From Candidatus Cloacimonadota bacterium (lineage in GTDB: Bacteria > Cloacimonadota > Cloacimonadia > Cloacimonadales > WRIO01), in contig JAKQQL010000453.1 in the NCBI GenBank assembly GCA_029564175.1, positions 1 to 32,124 of the forward strand: a stretch of 32,124 nt of DNA, given 5' to 3'. Positions 19,340-28,634 of the stretch are shown here, in pieces (the first letter of the stretch is position 1; each line of letters begins with the position of its first letter). The notes under the pieces are model-generated. The model was not told the DNA's origin. It did no database searches and saw nothing but the letters and a program-made list of their open reading frames with translations. The position numbers were made by a program, and so were the translations under genes.

Positions 19340-20134
19340 ATGAGAAAAAAAATATTTATATGTTTAACTGTTATCCTTTCCCTGACAATTGCTTTAACGT
19401 TTTTAGGCTGTGGAAAAAATGAACAAATCCTAAATCTTTCACAACTTGCAGAAAAAGATATTGCTGTACCTACTGGTACTATGGCTGACAAACTGGTTTT
19501 AAGTAAATTTGCCAATGCAAAAATCAAATATTTTAACAATATTACTGATGCCTGTTTAGCAGTCAAAACGGGAAAAGTGACGGCTGCTGCTTATGATGAG
19601 CCAATCTTGAAAAATATTGCATCCAAGATGGACGGATTAAAAGTATTAGATGATATGATTACATACGATGATTATGCCTTCGCTGTTAACAAAGACAATA
19701 TTGAATTAAAACAAACGATTGACTCTGTCATCAATGAGCTTAAGGAATCAGGAAAGTATGAAGAAATGAAAAACAGATGGTTTCCTAAAAATGCGAATAC
19801 TTATGAATTACCTCAACCTGTATCAAATCAATATACTGAGACACTTTATCTAGGCACATCAGCTGTAACAGAACCTTTCTCGTTTTTGTACCAGAATAAT
19901 ACGCTGACTGGCTTTGATATTGAATTAGCTCAGTTAGTAGCAGATAAACTCCAAAAAAACCTGGAAATTGTGAATATGGACTTTGGTGCACTTATCCCAT
20001 CATTAATGAGTAAAAAAGTAGATATGATCGGCGCATGTATTACTGTTTCTGAAGAAAGAGCTCAAAAAGTGCTGTTTTCAACACCTTACTACAGAGGTGG
20101 AATCGCTGCAATCGTAAAGGATTCTTCAAAATGA
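19340..20134 (+). CDS. Polar amino acid ABC transporter substrate-binding lipoprotein (circularly permuted family 3 SBP)
   Basis: Lipobox FLGC; GFDIELA, DFGALIPSL, ITVSEERAQKVLFSTPY; GGAGG RBS. Confidence 0.92.
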   Translation: MRKKIFICLTVILSLTIALTFLGCGKNEQILNLSQLAEKDIAVPTGTMADKLVLSKFANAKIKYFNNITDACLAVKTGKVTAAAYDEPILKNIASKMDGLKVLDDMITYDDYAFAVNKDNIELKQTIDSVINELKESGKYEEMKNRWFPKNANTYELPQPVSNQYTETLYLGTSAVTEPFSFLYQNNTLTGFDIELAQLVADKLQKNLEIVNMDFGALIPSLMSKKVDMIGACITVSEERAQKVLFSTPYYRGGIAAIVKDSSK

Positions 20135-22377
20135 AACGCCATCTTTTCTGGCTTACTTTAGCCATTTTATTATTCATTGGATGCCAAAAATCTGAAAATA
20201 ACCCTTCAGGTAAAAAATATGCTGATTTTAATGATTTAAAAAATGGAACTGTTGGAATTTATGAAGGAACCGTTCATGACCAGTTTCTTGCCCAGAATTA
20301 TCCGTCAATCAGCATAAAACGTTATAACACACCTGCAGATATGATTATTTCACTTAAAACAGGAAAAGTAGATGCCATCATGCTGGATGCAATTACCGGA
20401 GGTCTTTTAGTTAAAAGCAATCCTGGCATCACGTTACTAACAGATGATGTTCTATCTTTACCACTGGGTGTAGGTTTTAACAAAAAAAATCCAGAATTAC
20501 TAGCTGAGTTTAATATGTATCTGAAAAAGATTAAAGATAATGGACTTTATGATCAGATATATAAACGCTGGTGTCTGGAAGATCCTGAAACAGCTATCAT
20601 GCCAAAAATCAACAATCTTAGCTCTGGAAAACTCATTAAACTTGGAGTGGCCGTTGCTGACTTTCCTTATGTAGCTTATCAAAATGGTGAATATGTTGGC
20701 TTTGATATTGAACTGATTCAAAATTTCGCAAAAGACCGTAATTATAAGTTAGAAATTACAACCATGGAATTTGGCTCATTGGTAAATGCCCTTGCTTCTG
20801 GTAAAGTAGATATGATTTCTGATGGTATTGCGATAACCCAAGAGCGTCAAAAACAAATCAATTTTTCTGATGAATATATGGTTTTTAAAACAGGTGTCTT
20901 TGTACTGGAAAAAAATTATGCAGGGGACTTGGCGTCTCATTCGTTAGACATGAATCATATTGCAGAAAAAACGATAGGGGTTTACGAAGGGACGATTCAT
21001 GAAAATTATATCATGGAAAATTATCCGAAAGCAGAGATTAAACGATTTACTGGAACAGCTGATCTGATTATAGCCCTCAAAACAAAAAAAATCGATGCGA
21101 TTATGGTAGATGAATTTTATGGGAAATCCGTTGTTAAACAAAATCCAGAAATGGACTTTCTTGCACAAAATATTTTTTCTCAGGATATGGGTATTGGTTT
21201 TAACAAAAATAATCAAGTTTTGTTAGACGAATTTAACAAATTCTTACAACAAATTAAAAGCGATGGGACCTATGACAATATTTATCAACGATGGACAGAA
21301 TCAGAAACAGAAAACATCCAGGTACCAGATATCACTTTAAATTCAAATGGGAAACTATTACGTGCGGGCATATCGATCTGTGGGCTTCCATATTCAACCT
21401 ACATAAACGAAAAACTAACTGGTTTCGATGTTGAAATTCTTCAGCTCTTTGCCAAACAGTATCATTACAATCTTAAGATTGATGTGATGGAGTTCACCTC
21501 ATTGCTGGCAGGTTTAGCAAGTGGGAAAGTAGATTTAGTTGCAGCAGGAATAACTATCACTGATGAAAGAAGCAAACAGGTTAATTTTTCTGATTCATAC
21601 ATTCAGGACAGAGCTTGTATAATCATCTTGAAACAAAATAAATTGGAAAAAGAGACCACTCCACTCAAAGTCTCTGGCTTAAAAAACTTTATCAATCAGG
21701 TGAAAGAGAGTTTCTACAATAATATCATTTTCGAAAAACGTTATCAACTCATTATTGACGGCTTATTGGTTACTTTATTGATTTCATTCTTCTCTGTTAT
21801 TTTGGGCACTGTTTTTGGGGCAATTATCTGCTTTTTAAGAATGTCTAAAAATAAAATCAGTCAGGGTTTTGCAAAAATCTACATCTCCGCTCTCAGAGGA
21901 ACCCCTGTTCTGGTTTTCTTAATGATTACCTATTATATTGTCTTTGCATCTGTTAATATCAACCCAATCTATGTTGCGATATTTGCTTTTGGTTTAAACT
22001 TCGCAGCTTATGTATCCGAAATGTTTAGAACAGGTATTGAAGGAATAGACAAAGGGCAGTCAGAAGCAGGTATTGCAATGGGGTTCAATAAAATTCAGAC
22101 ATTTATTCTCATCATCATGCCCCAGGCAGCAAAATCAATCTTACCCGTTTACAAAGGGGAAGTCATCTCTCTGGTTAAAATGACTTCTATTGTAGGATAC
22201 ATTGCTGTTGAAGATTTAACCAAAGCCGGCGATATCATCAGAAGCCGTACCTTTGATGCCTTCTTCCCACTCATCATGATAGCAGTCCTCTACTTCCTGA
22301 TTTCCTGGGTTTTAATCCTGCTGCTTGATTTTTTTCAAAAGAAAACAGAGCCTAAATCAAGGAGGAAAACCGCATGA
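20131..22377 (+). CDS. Amino acid ABC transporter: two tandem permuted SBP modules fused to a HisM/GlnP-type permease
   Basis: Lipobox FIGC; two GFDxE...ITxER..VxFS repeats; permease motifs [35 protein letters not shown]. Confidence 0.94.
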   Translation: MKRHLFWLTLAILLFIGCQKSENNPSGKKYADFNDLKNGTVGIYEGTVHDQFLAQNYPSISIKRYNTPADMIISLKTGKVDAIMLDAITGGLLVKSNPGITLLTDDVLSLPLGVGFNKKNPELLAEFNMYLKKIKDNGLYDQIYKRWCLEDPETAIMPKINNLSSGKLIKLGVAVADFPYVAYQNGEYVGFDIELIQNFAKDRNYKLEITTMEFGSLVNALASGKVDMISDGIAITQERQKQINFSDEYMVFKTGVFVLEKNYAGDLASHSLDMNHIAEKTIGVYEGTIHENYIMENYPKAEIKRFTGTADLIIALKTKKIDAIMVDEFYGKSVVKQNPEMDFLAQNIFSQDMGIGFNKNNQVLLDEFNKFLQQIKSDGTYDNIYQRWTESETENIQVPDITLNSNGKLLRAGISICGLPYSTYINEKLTGFDVEILQLFAKQYHYNLKIDVMEFTSLLAGLASGKVDLVAAGITITDERSKQVNFSDSYIQDRACIIILKQNKLEKETTPLKVSGLKNFINQVKESFYNNIIFEKRYQLIIDGLLVTLLISFFSVILGTVFGAIICFLRMSKNKISQGFAKIYISALRGTPVLVFLMITYYIVFASVNINPIYVAIFAFGLNFAAYVSEMFRTGIEGIDKGQSEAGIAMGFNKIQTFILIIMPQAAKSILPVYKGEVISLVKMTSIVGYIAVEDLTKAGDIIRSRTFDAFFPLIMIAVLYFLISWVLILLLDFFQKKTEPKSRRKTA

Positions 22378-23465
22378 TACAAGTCAAAAATCTCTCCAAA
22401 AAATTTGGCAATCTGACCGTATTAAAAGAAATAAACTGTAATATCAAAAAAGGGGAAGTCATTTCAATTATTGGCCCATCTGGTACTGGTAAAAGCACTT
22501 TTCTCAGATGTATCAATCTGCTGGAACAACCCAGTGGCGGAGAAATATTCGTTGACCAGATCAACCTGATGGATAAAACGACAAATATCCCTAAAATGAG
22601 ACAAAGAATGGGAATGGTTTTTCAATCTTTCAATATCTTTTCTCACATGACTGTTTTAGAAAATCTGTGTATAGGTCAGATTAAACTCCTAAACAAGACT
22701 CAGGCGGAAGCAATTGAAAAAGCAAGAGAACTGTTAAAACTGGTAGGTCTGGCTGAAAAAGAGAATTACTTTGCAGATGAACTGTCTGGTGGTCAAAAAC
22801 AAAGAATCGCTATTGCCCGGTGTCTGTCAATGGATCCTGAAATCATACTGTTTGATGAGCCAACCTCTGCCCTGGATCCTACCATGGTTTCAGAAGTACT
22901 GGCTGTAATTCGCAGACTTGCCAAAAATGGAATGACCATGCTGGTAGTAACTCATGAAATGGATTTTGCCAGAGATGTATCCAGCCGGATTTTCTATATG
23001 GATGAAGGAATCATCTACGAAGAAGGCTCTCCTGAACAGATTTTCAAAACACCTCAAAAAGAAAAAACAAAAGCCTTTATCAATCGAATCAGAAGTCTAA
23101 ATTACCAAATCAGATCGCAGGATTATGACCTCTACCAGTTAAATGCTGAAATTGAACAATTCTGCGAAAAGCATTTCCTTTCGAGAAAAACCGTCAATAA
23201 TACACTACTTATCTACGAAGAGCTACTATCCGTTTATCAGCACTTTTTCAAAGCATATCATATTGATATTTCACTGGCTTATTCAGAAAAACATAACACG
23301 ATGGAGCTCCATTTCTCTTATCAGGGAGATAAACATAATCTGCTTGAAAGTGATTTTGAAGATGATGAGTTAAGTATCAACCTTATCAATAACTTATCTC
23401 AGGAATTCAATTTCAGCTATGAGAATCATTACAACAAGATTTCGCTCCTGATTAAAAAAGTTTAA
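22374..23465 (+). CDS. glnQ: GlnQ-family amino acid ABC ATPase with ~125-aa C-terminal extension
   Basis: [33 protein letters not shown]; extension after ...KTKAFINR. Confidence 0.94.
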   Translation: MIQVKNLSKKFGNLTVLKEINCNIKKGEVISIIGPSGTGKSTFLRCINLLEQPSGGEIFVDQINLMDKTTNIPKMRQRMGMVFQSFNIFSHMTVLENLCIGQIKLLNKTQAEAIEKARELLKLVGLAEKENYFADELSGGQKQRIAIARCLSMDPEIILFDEPTSALDPTMVSEVLAVIRRLAKNGMTMLVVTHEMDFARDVSSRIFYMDEGIIYEEGSPEQIFKTPQKEKTKAFINRIRSLNYQIRSQDYDLYQLNAEIEQFCEKHFLSRKTVNNTLLIYEELLSVYQHFFKAYHIDISLAYSEKHNTMELHFSYQGDKHNLLESDFEDDELSINLINNLSQEFNFSYENHYNKISLLIKKV

Positions 23466-23471
23466 ATAGTC

Positions 23472-23503
23472 GCAGGGGGCTTAACCGTTCCCTGCCTATT
23501 TAT
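23472..23503 (+). terminator. Hairpin, likely terminator of the ABC operon
   Basis: GCAGGGGGC-TTAACC-GTTCCCTGC followed by CTATTTATT, directly after the stop. Confidence 0.65.
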
Positions 23504-23602
23504 TATCTTCAATTAATTCATAAATCGTCATTTGATTTGTTCATATCTTTATCATCACTTCAGTTATAATAACAATATTTTTCAGGAAGTTAAAAAAAGC
23601 GC

Positions 23603-23631
23603 TTGACACTAATGCCTATAAAAAAAAAGAT
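23603..23631 (+). promoter_or_regulatory. Putative promoter of hup-bS22
   Basis: Perfect TTGACA with upstream A-tract; weak -10 (AAAGAT) at 17 bp. Confidence 0.45.
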
Positions 23632-23674
23632 ACAAAAAAACGAAATAGATAAATATGGATATAAGGAGAGTCAA

Positions 23675-23962
23675 ATGACGAAAGCTGATTTAGTTAAACA
23701 AGTTGCAAATGATACTGGTATGTTACGCCGAGAGGTTGCACAGATCGTCGATGCTTTTTTACTCTCAGTAAAAGAAAAGATGAAAGAAGGAAATCACATA
23801 GAGATTCGTGGATTTGGAACCTTCAAACTCAAAACCAGAAAACCTCGTGTTGGACGTAATCCAAAGACTGAAGAAAAAGTACCAGTACCAGAAAGAGTTG
23901 TGCCCACTTTCAAATTTTCTAGAGAGTTTAAATTAGACATTATAAACAGCAACGAAGAATAA
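23675..23962 (+). CDS. hup: HU/IHF family nucleoid-associated DNA-binding protein
   Basis: MTKADLVKQVA, IEIRGFGTF, GRNPKT, VPTFK; AAGGAG RBS before ATG 23675. The ORF-track start 23603 is the TTG of the -35 box. Confidence 0.95.
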   Translation: MTKADLVKQVANDTGMLRREVAQIVDAFLLSVKEKMKEGNHIEIRGFGTFKLKTRKPRVGRNPKTEEKVPVPERVVPTFKFSREFKLDIINSNEE

Positions 23963-23975
23963 CATAGGAGGACTT

Positions 23976-24065
23976 ATGCCTTGCGGAAAGAAAAGAAAAC
24001 GCCATAAAATTGCCACTCATAAGAGAAAAAAAAGATTGAGAAAAAATCGTCACAAAAAAAAATAA
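23976..24065 (+). CDS. Small ribosomal subunit protein bS22 (AURKAIP1/COX24/mS38 family), 29 aa
   Basis: Hand translation MPCGKKRKRHKIATHKRKKRLRKNRHKKK; AGGAGG RBS; matches the MPxGKKRKRHKxATHKRKKR pattern known from Bacteroidetes-type bS22. Confidence 0.92.
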   Translation: MPCGKKRKRHKIATHKRKKRLRKNRHKKK

Positions 24066-24088
24066 ATTAATCTGACCATTTTCTTTAT

Positions 24089-24116
24089 GAACCGGCCTCT
24101 TCTGGGGGTCGGTTTT
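24089..24116 (+). terminator. Intrinsic terminator after bS22
   Basis: AACCGGCCTC-loop-GGGGTCGGTT followed by TTGGCTTTTT. Confidence 0.8.
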
Positions 24117-24138
24117 GGCTTTTTAAAACAAGGAGTTT

Positions 24139-24597
24139 ATGATGATATTCGACCATATCAGCCAATTCAAACAGTATATATCTGTTCATCCTCTGTTCAG
24201 ATTTGTAAATGACTATATCAGTCAGACAGATTTATCAAGCATCCCTGAAGGAAAACATGACATAGGCCATGGCATCACACTGGGTATTAATGAATACATG
24301 ACACGTACAGTTGAAGAATCTTTTATTGAGTGTCATCGAAAATACATCGATATCCAGATGATCACCTGTGGCAGTGAGCAAATCGGGATATTGCCAATCA
24401 AGGAAGCATTTCAGTTTCCCTATGATGAAGAAAAAGACTTTCAAAAGCTTCAGGGTATTACAGATTTTATCTCTCTGAAACCCTCATACTTTATGATTTT
24501 TTTCCCCCAAGATGGACACATGCCTATGCTGATCAATTCAGCTAAGCCTGAGAAAGTCAGAAAACTAGTCTTTAAGGTACCGGCTCAAACAACATAG
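24139..24597 (+). CDS. YhcH/YjgK/YiaL (NanQ/TabA) family protein
   Basis: MIFDHI, ECHRKYIDIQ...GSEQI, YDEEKDF, FFPQDGHMP, VRKLVFKV. Confidence 0.92.
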   Translation: MMIFDHISQFKQYISVHPLFRFVNDYISQTDLSSIPEGKHDIGHGITLGINEYMTRTVEESFIECHRKYIDIQMITCGSEQIGILPIKEAFQFPYDEEKDFQKLQGITDFISLKPSYFMIFFPQDGHMPMLINSAKPEKVRKLVFKVPAQTT

Positions 24598-24600
24598 ATC

Positions 24601-25509
24601 TTATTCTATCTCTGAATATACATGCGCTTTAAGCCAGCTTTTCTTTGACTCAGAGATGTGAAACTCAGAGAAGTCTCCATATTTCAGATAGAAATCAAGT
24701 CTGACACTGACTAACTCATCAAAATCTTTCACTTTGAATGGCTCAGGATAACGGTATTGATTACAGAGCGGATAATTAACATGATAGTCTAAAATATGAA
24801 TATCTTCTCTGGTAAATAATGAGGTTATCGCAATATTCAAGAAAACCTGATGAATAAAGATTTTGTAAAGATTATCTTCTTCGAAATATTTCTGCCACTC
24901 TACATTGAGTACATACTCTTCAAAATAATCCTTCCAAAGACTTAGAATCCGATATTCAGGAGAAACAACGATACAGCCCGCATTGAAATATGAATAGATC
25001 CTTTGCTGGTCAATCGTAGTAACGACATCAAACAAATTATCCGTACTGACTGAACAGCAATTGTATATCTCATTCCAAAAAGCAGGGAGTGGTTCTTCGT
25101 ATAATCCTGCGATATTTTTCAAATCTACTGGCCGACAGGCAAGTGGTAAATTAAGCATCGTCAGTTCCTGAGGAAATTGTAAAAATAAAGTATCGATATC
25201 CGCCCATATCAAACGATTGCAAAACTTCAAATATCCGTTTTCTACAAATCCTGCTGCTAATGTTTTTTCATGATAAGGGATATGTGCAAATTTTTCTGGA
25301 ATAGTGATCCACTCAATTTGAACCTGGCAGCTATTGATAAAATCTGTCTGTTCAGAGGTCAAAGTATCTCTATAAATCTCATTCATTACGATCACTATTG
25401 GCATCGAAGAAAATTCTCCACAAAAGTCACGAATAGATAACACAAAACTTTTTAATAAATCATACTCATTCTTTAAATCTGCATAAGCTGCAAAAATATA
25501 CGGATACAT
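24601..25509 (-). CDS. Hypothetical GT-A fold (GT8-like) glycosyltransferase
   Basis: SFVLSIRDF, YHEK, WADIDTLF (DxD), YFNAGCIVV, HQVFLN, NYP; AAGGAG RBS favours ATG 25509 over GTG 25524. Confidence 0.6.
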   Translation of the reverse strand: MYPYIFAAYADLKNEYDLLKSFVLSIRDFCGEFSSMPIVIVMNEIYRDTLTSEQTDFINSCQVQIEWITIPEKFAHIPYHEKTLAAGFVENGYLKFCNRLIWADIDTLFLQFPQELTMLNLPLACRPVDLKNIAGLYEEPLPAFWNEIYNCCSVSTDNLFDVVTTIDQQRIYSYFNAGCIVVSPEYRILSLWKDYFEEYVLNVEWQKYFEEDNLYKIFIHQVFLNIAITSLFTREDIHILDYHVNYPLCNQYRYPEPFKVKDFDELVSVRLDFYLKYGDFSEFHISESKKSWLKAHVYSEIE

Positions 25510-25565
25510 ATTTTCTCCTTTCACAACACCCCTATTTATAAAAACATTGGAAGTAAACGACTCAT

Positions 25566-26039
25566 TCAGAGTTTATCATTACATTTTGTGCAAAACATCT
25601 CAATCTCATTTTCACTAAAGACCTCAATACCATTGAGCTGTAAAAGCGATGCAGTATATCCCATTCCTTCTATTTTGCGATGTGAAAATGTCCCGTCATA
25701 AATTGTATGAGAACCACATGAAGGGCTGTTCTCTTTTAATAATGCCATTTTACAATCAAAAAGCCTTGCGAGTTTTAACGTCTCCTTTGCTCCTTTAGCA
25801 AACTGCTTGCTAAAATCATTTCCTTGTTCTGATTCAACTGATTGTCTGTCCTGTATAATTTCACATGGTTCTCTGGGAGTACAAAGACCGCCCATTTGCT
25901 CAGGGCATACAGGTATAAAGCAAACATTTTGATTCCCATTTATCAAGTCTGTAATCTTCTGGGCGAGATTGTTTTCGCCATTGTATTTACAGTCTAAGCC
26001 TAATAAACAGGCACTGATCAGAACATTCTTTTTCATCAT
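25566..26039 (-). CDS. DUF523 / 2-thiouracil desulfidase (TudS/YbbK) family protein
   Basis: ISACLLG..CKYNG, VCPEQMGGL.TPREP, LKENSPSCG, IYDGTFS. Confidence 0.93.
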   Translation of the reverse strand: MMKKNVLISACLLGLDCKYNGENNLAQKITDLINGNQNVCFIPVCPEQMGGLCTPREPCEIIQDRQSVESEQGNDFSKQFAKGAKETLKLARLFDCKMALLKENSPSCGSHTIYDGTFSHRKIEGMGYTASLLQLNGIEVFSENEIEMFCTKCNDKL

Positions 26040-26059
26040 AACTCCTATTTTAGAAAGTC

Positions 26060-26872
26060 TTAATGATCCCTTACTGCGATAGATTTTACAGCCAGTGATA
26101 TCAGAAAGAAAAGGAATAAAACCAGCACAATAACCGACCCTGAGGGGAAATTAAACTGATAAGAAAGCAAAAAACCAGTCAGCGAAGAAAGAACTGATGC
26201 AATAACCCCTATAACAATCGCTTTCGATATCTGACGGGTTAAATTGAGACTGATCATTCCTGGCAAGATTAACTGGGCAGTAATCAGAACAATACCGGCA
26301 ATTTTTACTGATATGACGATATTTAGTGCAAGAATGATCAAAAATATGACATACACTGTCTTCGCTGGAATATGATAAAATTCTGCAATTTGAGAATGAT
26401 AGGTCATATAGATTATTTCCCTGTAAAATGCCATTAGAAAGCCTAAATTAAGAACGATCAGGACTGACAGCCAATATAAATCTTCCTGATTGATTAACAG
26501 GATATTACCAAACATATAGCTGCTGACATCGGCGGTATAATCCTTTTTAAGGGACAACAGCATTATCCCTAAAGCCATTGAGACAGACATAATGATCATG
26601 GTAACATTGGACTCTTCAAGATGATAATATAAAGAAATAAAAGCAATAATGATCACAAGAGACAATACAAACAAAGCACTGACTGCATTCACTGACATCC
26701 CCAATAAGATTGCAATGGCGATACCTGCAAATGAAATATGGGATAAGGCTTCACTCATATAGGATATTTTCTTTAAAGAGATAAACACACTCATCAATGA
26801 GGTTGACACGGCAGAAAGTAATGCTCCAATAAATGACAACATTAAAAATTTAACTGATAAAAACCCAAACAT
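26060..26872 (-). CDS. znuB: Zn/Mn ABC transporter permease
   Basis: SEALSHISFAG, YMFGNIL, GIVLITAQLILP, PSGSVIV; multiple TM helices. Confidence 0.92.
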   Translation of the reverse strand: MFGFLSVKFLMLSFIGALLSAVSTSLMSVFISLKKISYMSEALSHISFAGIAIAILLGMSVNAVSALFVLSLVIIIAFISLYYHLEESNVTMIIMSVSMALGIMLLSLKKDYTADVSSYMFGNILLINQEDLYWLSVLIVLNLGFLMAFYREIIYMTYHSQIAEFYHIPAKTVYVIFLIILALNIVISVKIAGIVLITAQLILPGMISLNLTRQISKAIVIGVIASVLSSLTGFLLSYQFNFPSGSVIVLVLFLFFLISLAVKSIAVRDH

Positions 26873-27580
26873 CTACTGCCCCTCATTCATAAACTGATGG
26901 ATGATTTTCCTGTTCAGTGTATTCGGTTTGAGATGGCAATGCATGGTTCTGTTCAAACAGATTACCAGCTTACAATGTTCTGAAAGCCTGTCCAAATCAT
27001 GAGAAACAGCGATGATCGTTTTCCCTTTTTCATTCAGCATTGACAGCAACTGATAAAAACCGGTTACACCTACGCGGTCAATCCCGGCTTCTGGTTCATC
27101 TAAAAATATATAGTCTGATTCTGTAGCAAGAGCTCTTGCCAGTAAAACTCTTTGAAACTCCCCACCGGACAGATTTGCAATAAACTTATCAGCCAAATGT
27201 TCTGCATTTACCATACTCAATGAATTCATGCTTATAGTCTGGTCTTGCTTGCTAAATCTTTTAAACAGTTTCTTTTGATACATTCTCCCCATCAAAACCA
27301 AATCGATTACTTTTAAAGGAAAATTGGGGGTAAAATGCTCAATCTGAGGTAAATAACCCACTTGTTTATGTTTAACGAAATCTGCGTGGTTCTCTTGATT
27401 GAACATAATTTCCCCATTTTGTAATGGAATTAAGTTCAGCATCAGTTTTAACAACGTGGATTTACCTGCTCCGTTAGGCCCAATAATCGCTAAAAACTCC
27501 CCCTTAGGAATACTGATATTGATATTCTCTAAAATCACACGGGATTTTATCTGAAAGTTCAGATTTTTAATCTCTATCAT
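26873..27580 (-). CDS. znuC: Zn/Mn ABC transporter ATPase
   Basis: GPNGAGKST, GYLPQ, LSGGEFQRVLLARAL, LDEP, VSHDL, CLNRTMHCH. Confidence 0.93.
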   Translation of the reverse strand: MIEIKNLNFQIKSRVILENINISIPKGEFLAIIGPNGAGKSTLLKLMLNLIPLQNGEIMFNQENHADFVKHKQVGYLPQIEHFTPNFPLKVIDLVLMGRMYQKKLFKRFSKQDQTISMNSLSMVNAEHLADKFIANLSGGEFQRVLLARALATESDYIFLDEPEAGIDRVGVTGFYQLLSMLNEKGKTIIAVSHDLDRLSEHCKLVICLNRTMHCHLKPNTLNRKIIHQFMNEGQ

Positions 27581-28533
27581 TGATTGCCATCATTCAGGTT
27601 ATTCCAGTTTTCGAGTAATAATTCTGAAATCTTACTGACAGCGAGAGTCTGACCAAGCGGATCAAGCTCAACTACTTTTAACTTAAACTCTTCTGACAAA
27701 ATCTTTACCGGTTTTGGGTTCAGTTGAGGTTCTGTCACGATTATCTTTATCTGATTATCCTTTATCACTTTAGCAATCTGATCAAGTTCCTGCACTGTGG
27801 GTTCTTTGCCTGGAAATTTTTGTATAAAACCAAAGGATTTAATATTATATCTGTGATTAAAATAATGAAATGAGTCATGGAATCCAATGAGATTGACATT
27901 AGGTACTTTTTCTCTGTCGCTGATAATGAGTCTGTCAGCCTTCATGACATCATTGATGAGTTCTTCCAGATTTTGTTCAAAAAATGCTTTGTTTTCGGGC
28001 ATTAGTTCTGTCATTTTTCCGGTAATTCCCTTTGCAATATCAATAATGTTTTCTGGGTGTAACCAGATATGAGGATTGATTCCATCATGGTGATGATGTT
28101 CAGCAGAATGAGGCTCTTCCTGATGCGCTTCTTCCCCATGTTCTGATTCTGCATGATGATGGAGTTGATTCTGATGCTCAAACTCAATCACTGCTTTTGG
28201 AATATAATGAGTCACTTCGATATGTTTTTCTTTTAAATCAGCAAAAATCTTTTCAAAAGGAACTTCTAACTCTAAACCATTAGAAAACACACATTCAGCC
28301 TCAGAAATCAATTTGATATCACCAGGTAATGGTGAATAAGTATGCGGAGAAGTATTAGGAGGGATTATGCTTTGAACCCTCGCCTTATCTTTTACTATTT
28401 GTTTTACGATGAGTTCATAGGGATAAATACTGGTCAGAATCAGTGGTTTATCGTTGACTTTGTTTTTAGAACATGCACTAAACATCAATAATACAATAAA
28501 TAATACCAATATTACGTTACGACTTTTTATCAT
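27577..28533 (-). CDS. znuA: Zn/Mn ABC transporter substrate-binding lipoprotein with His-rich loop
   Basis: Lipobox FSAC; SPHTY, NGLELE, His-rich loop, NPHIWL, HDSFHYF, ELDPLG; GGAGG RBS favours ATG 28533. Confidence 0.93.
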   Translation of the reverse strand: MIKSRNVILVLFIVLLMFSACSKNKVNDKPLILTSIYPYELIVKQIVKDKARVQSIIPPNTSPHTYSPLPGDIKLISEAECVFSNGLELEVPFEKIFADLKEKHIEVTHYIPKAVIEFEHQNQLHHHAESEHGEEAHQEEPHSAEHHHHDGINPHIWLHPENIIDIAKGITGKMTELMPENKAFFEQNLEELINDVMKADRLIISDREKVPNVNLIGFHDSFHYFNHRYNIKSFGFIQKFPGKEPTVQELDQIAKVIKDNQIKIIVTEPQLNPKPVKILSEEFKLKVVELDPLGQTLAVSKISELLLENWNNLNDGNQ

Positions 28534-28575
28534 TCTATCTACCTCCATCGCCTCTTCGTTATCTATCTAAAATAT

Positions 28576-28594
28576 ATGATAATCAATTTATCAT
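28576..28594. promoter_or_regulatory. Candidate Fur/Zur-family operator over the znuA promoter
   Basis: Palindrome ATGATAA-tcaat-TTATCAT, 42 bp upstream of znuA, overlapping minus-strand TTGCTT-16 bp-TATCAT. Confidence 0.6.
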
Positions 28595-28634
28595 GAAAAG
28601 CAAATCATTTATAATATGAGCTTTCAGCCTGTAT

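Noticed and set aside
23603..23674. N-terminal extension of HU
   Set aside because: The TTG is part of the TTGACA box; the RBS and family consensus point to ATG 23675.
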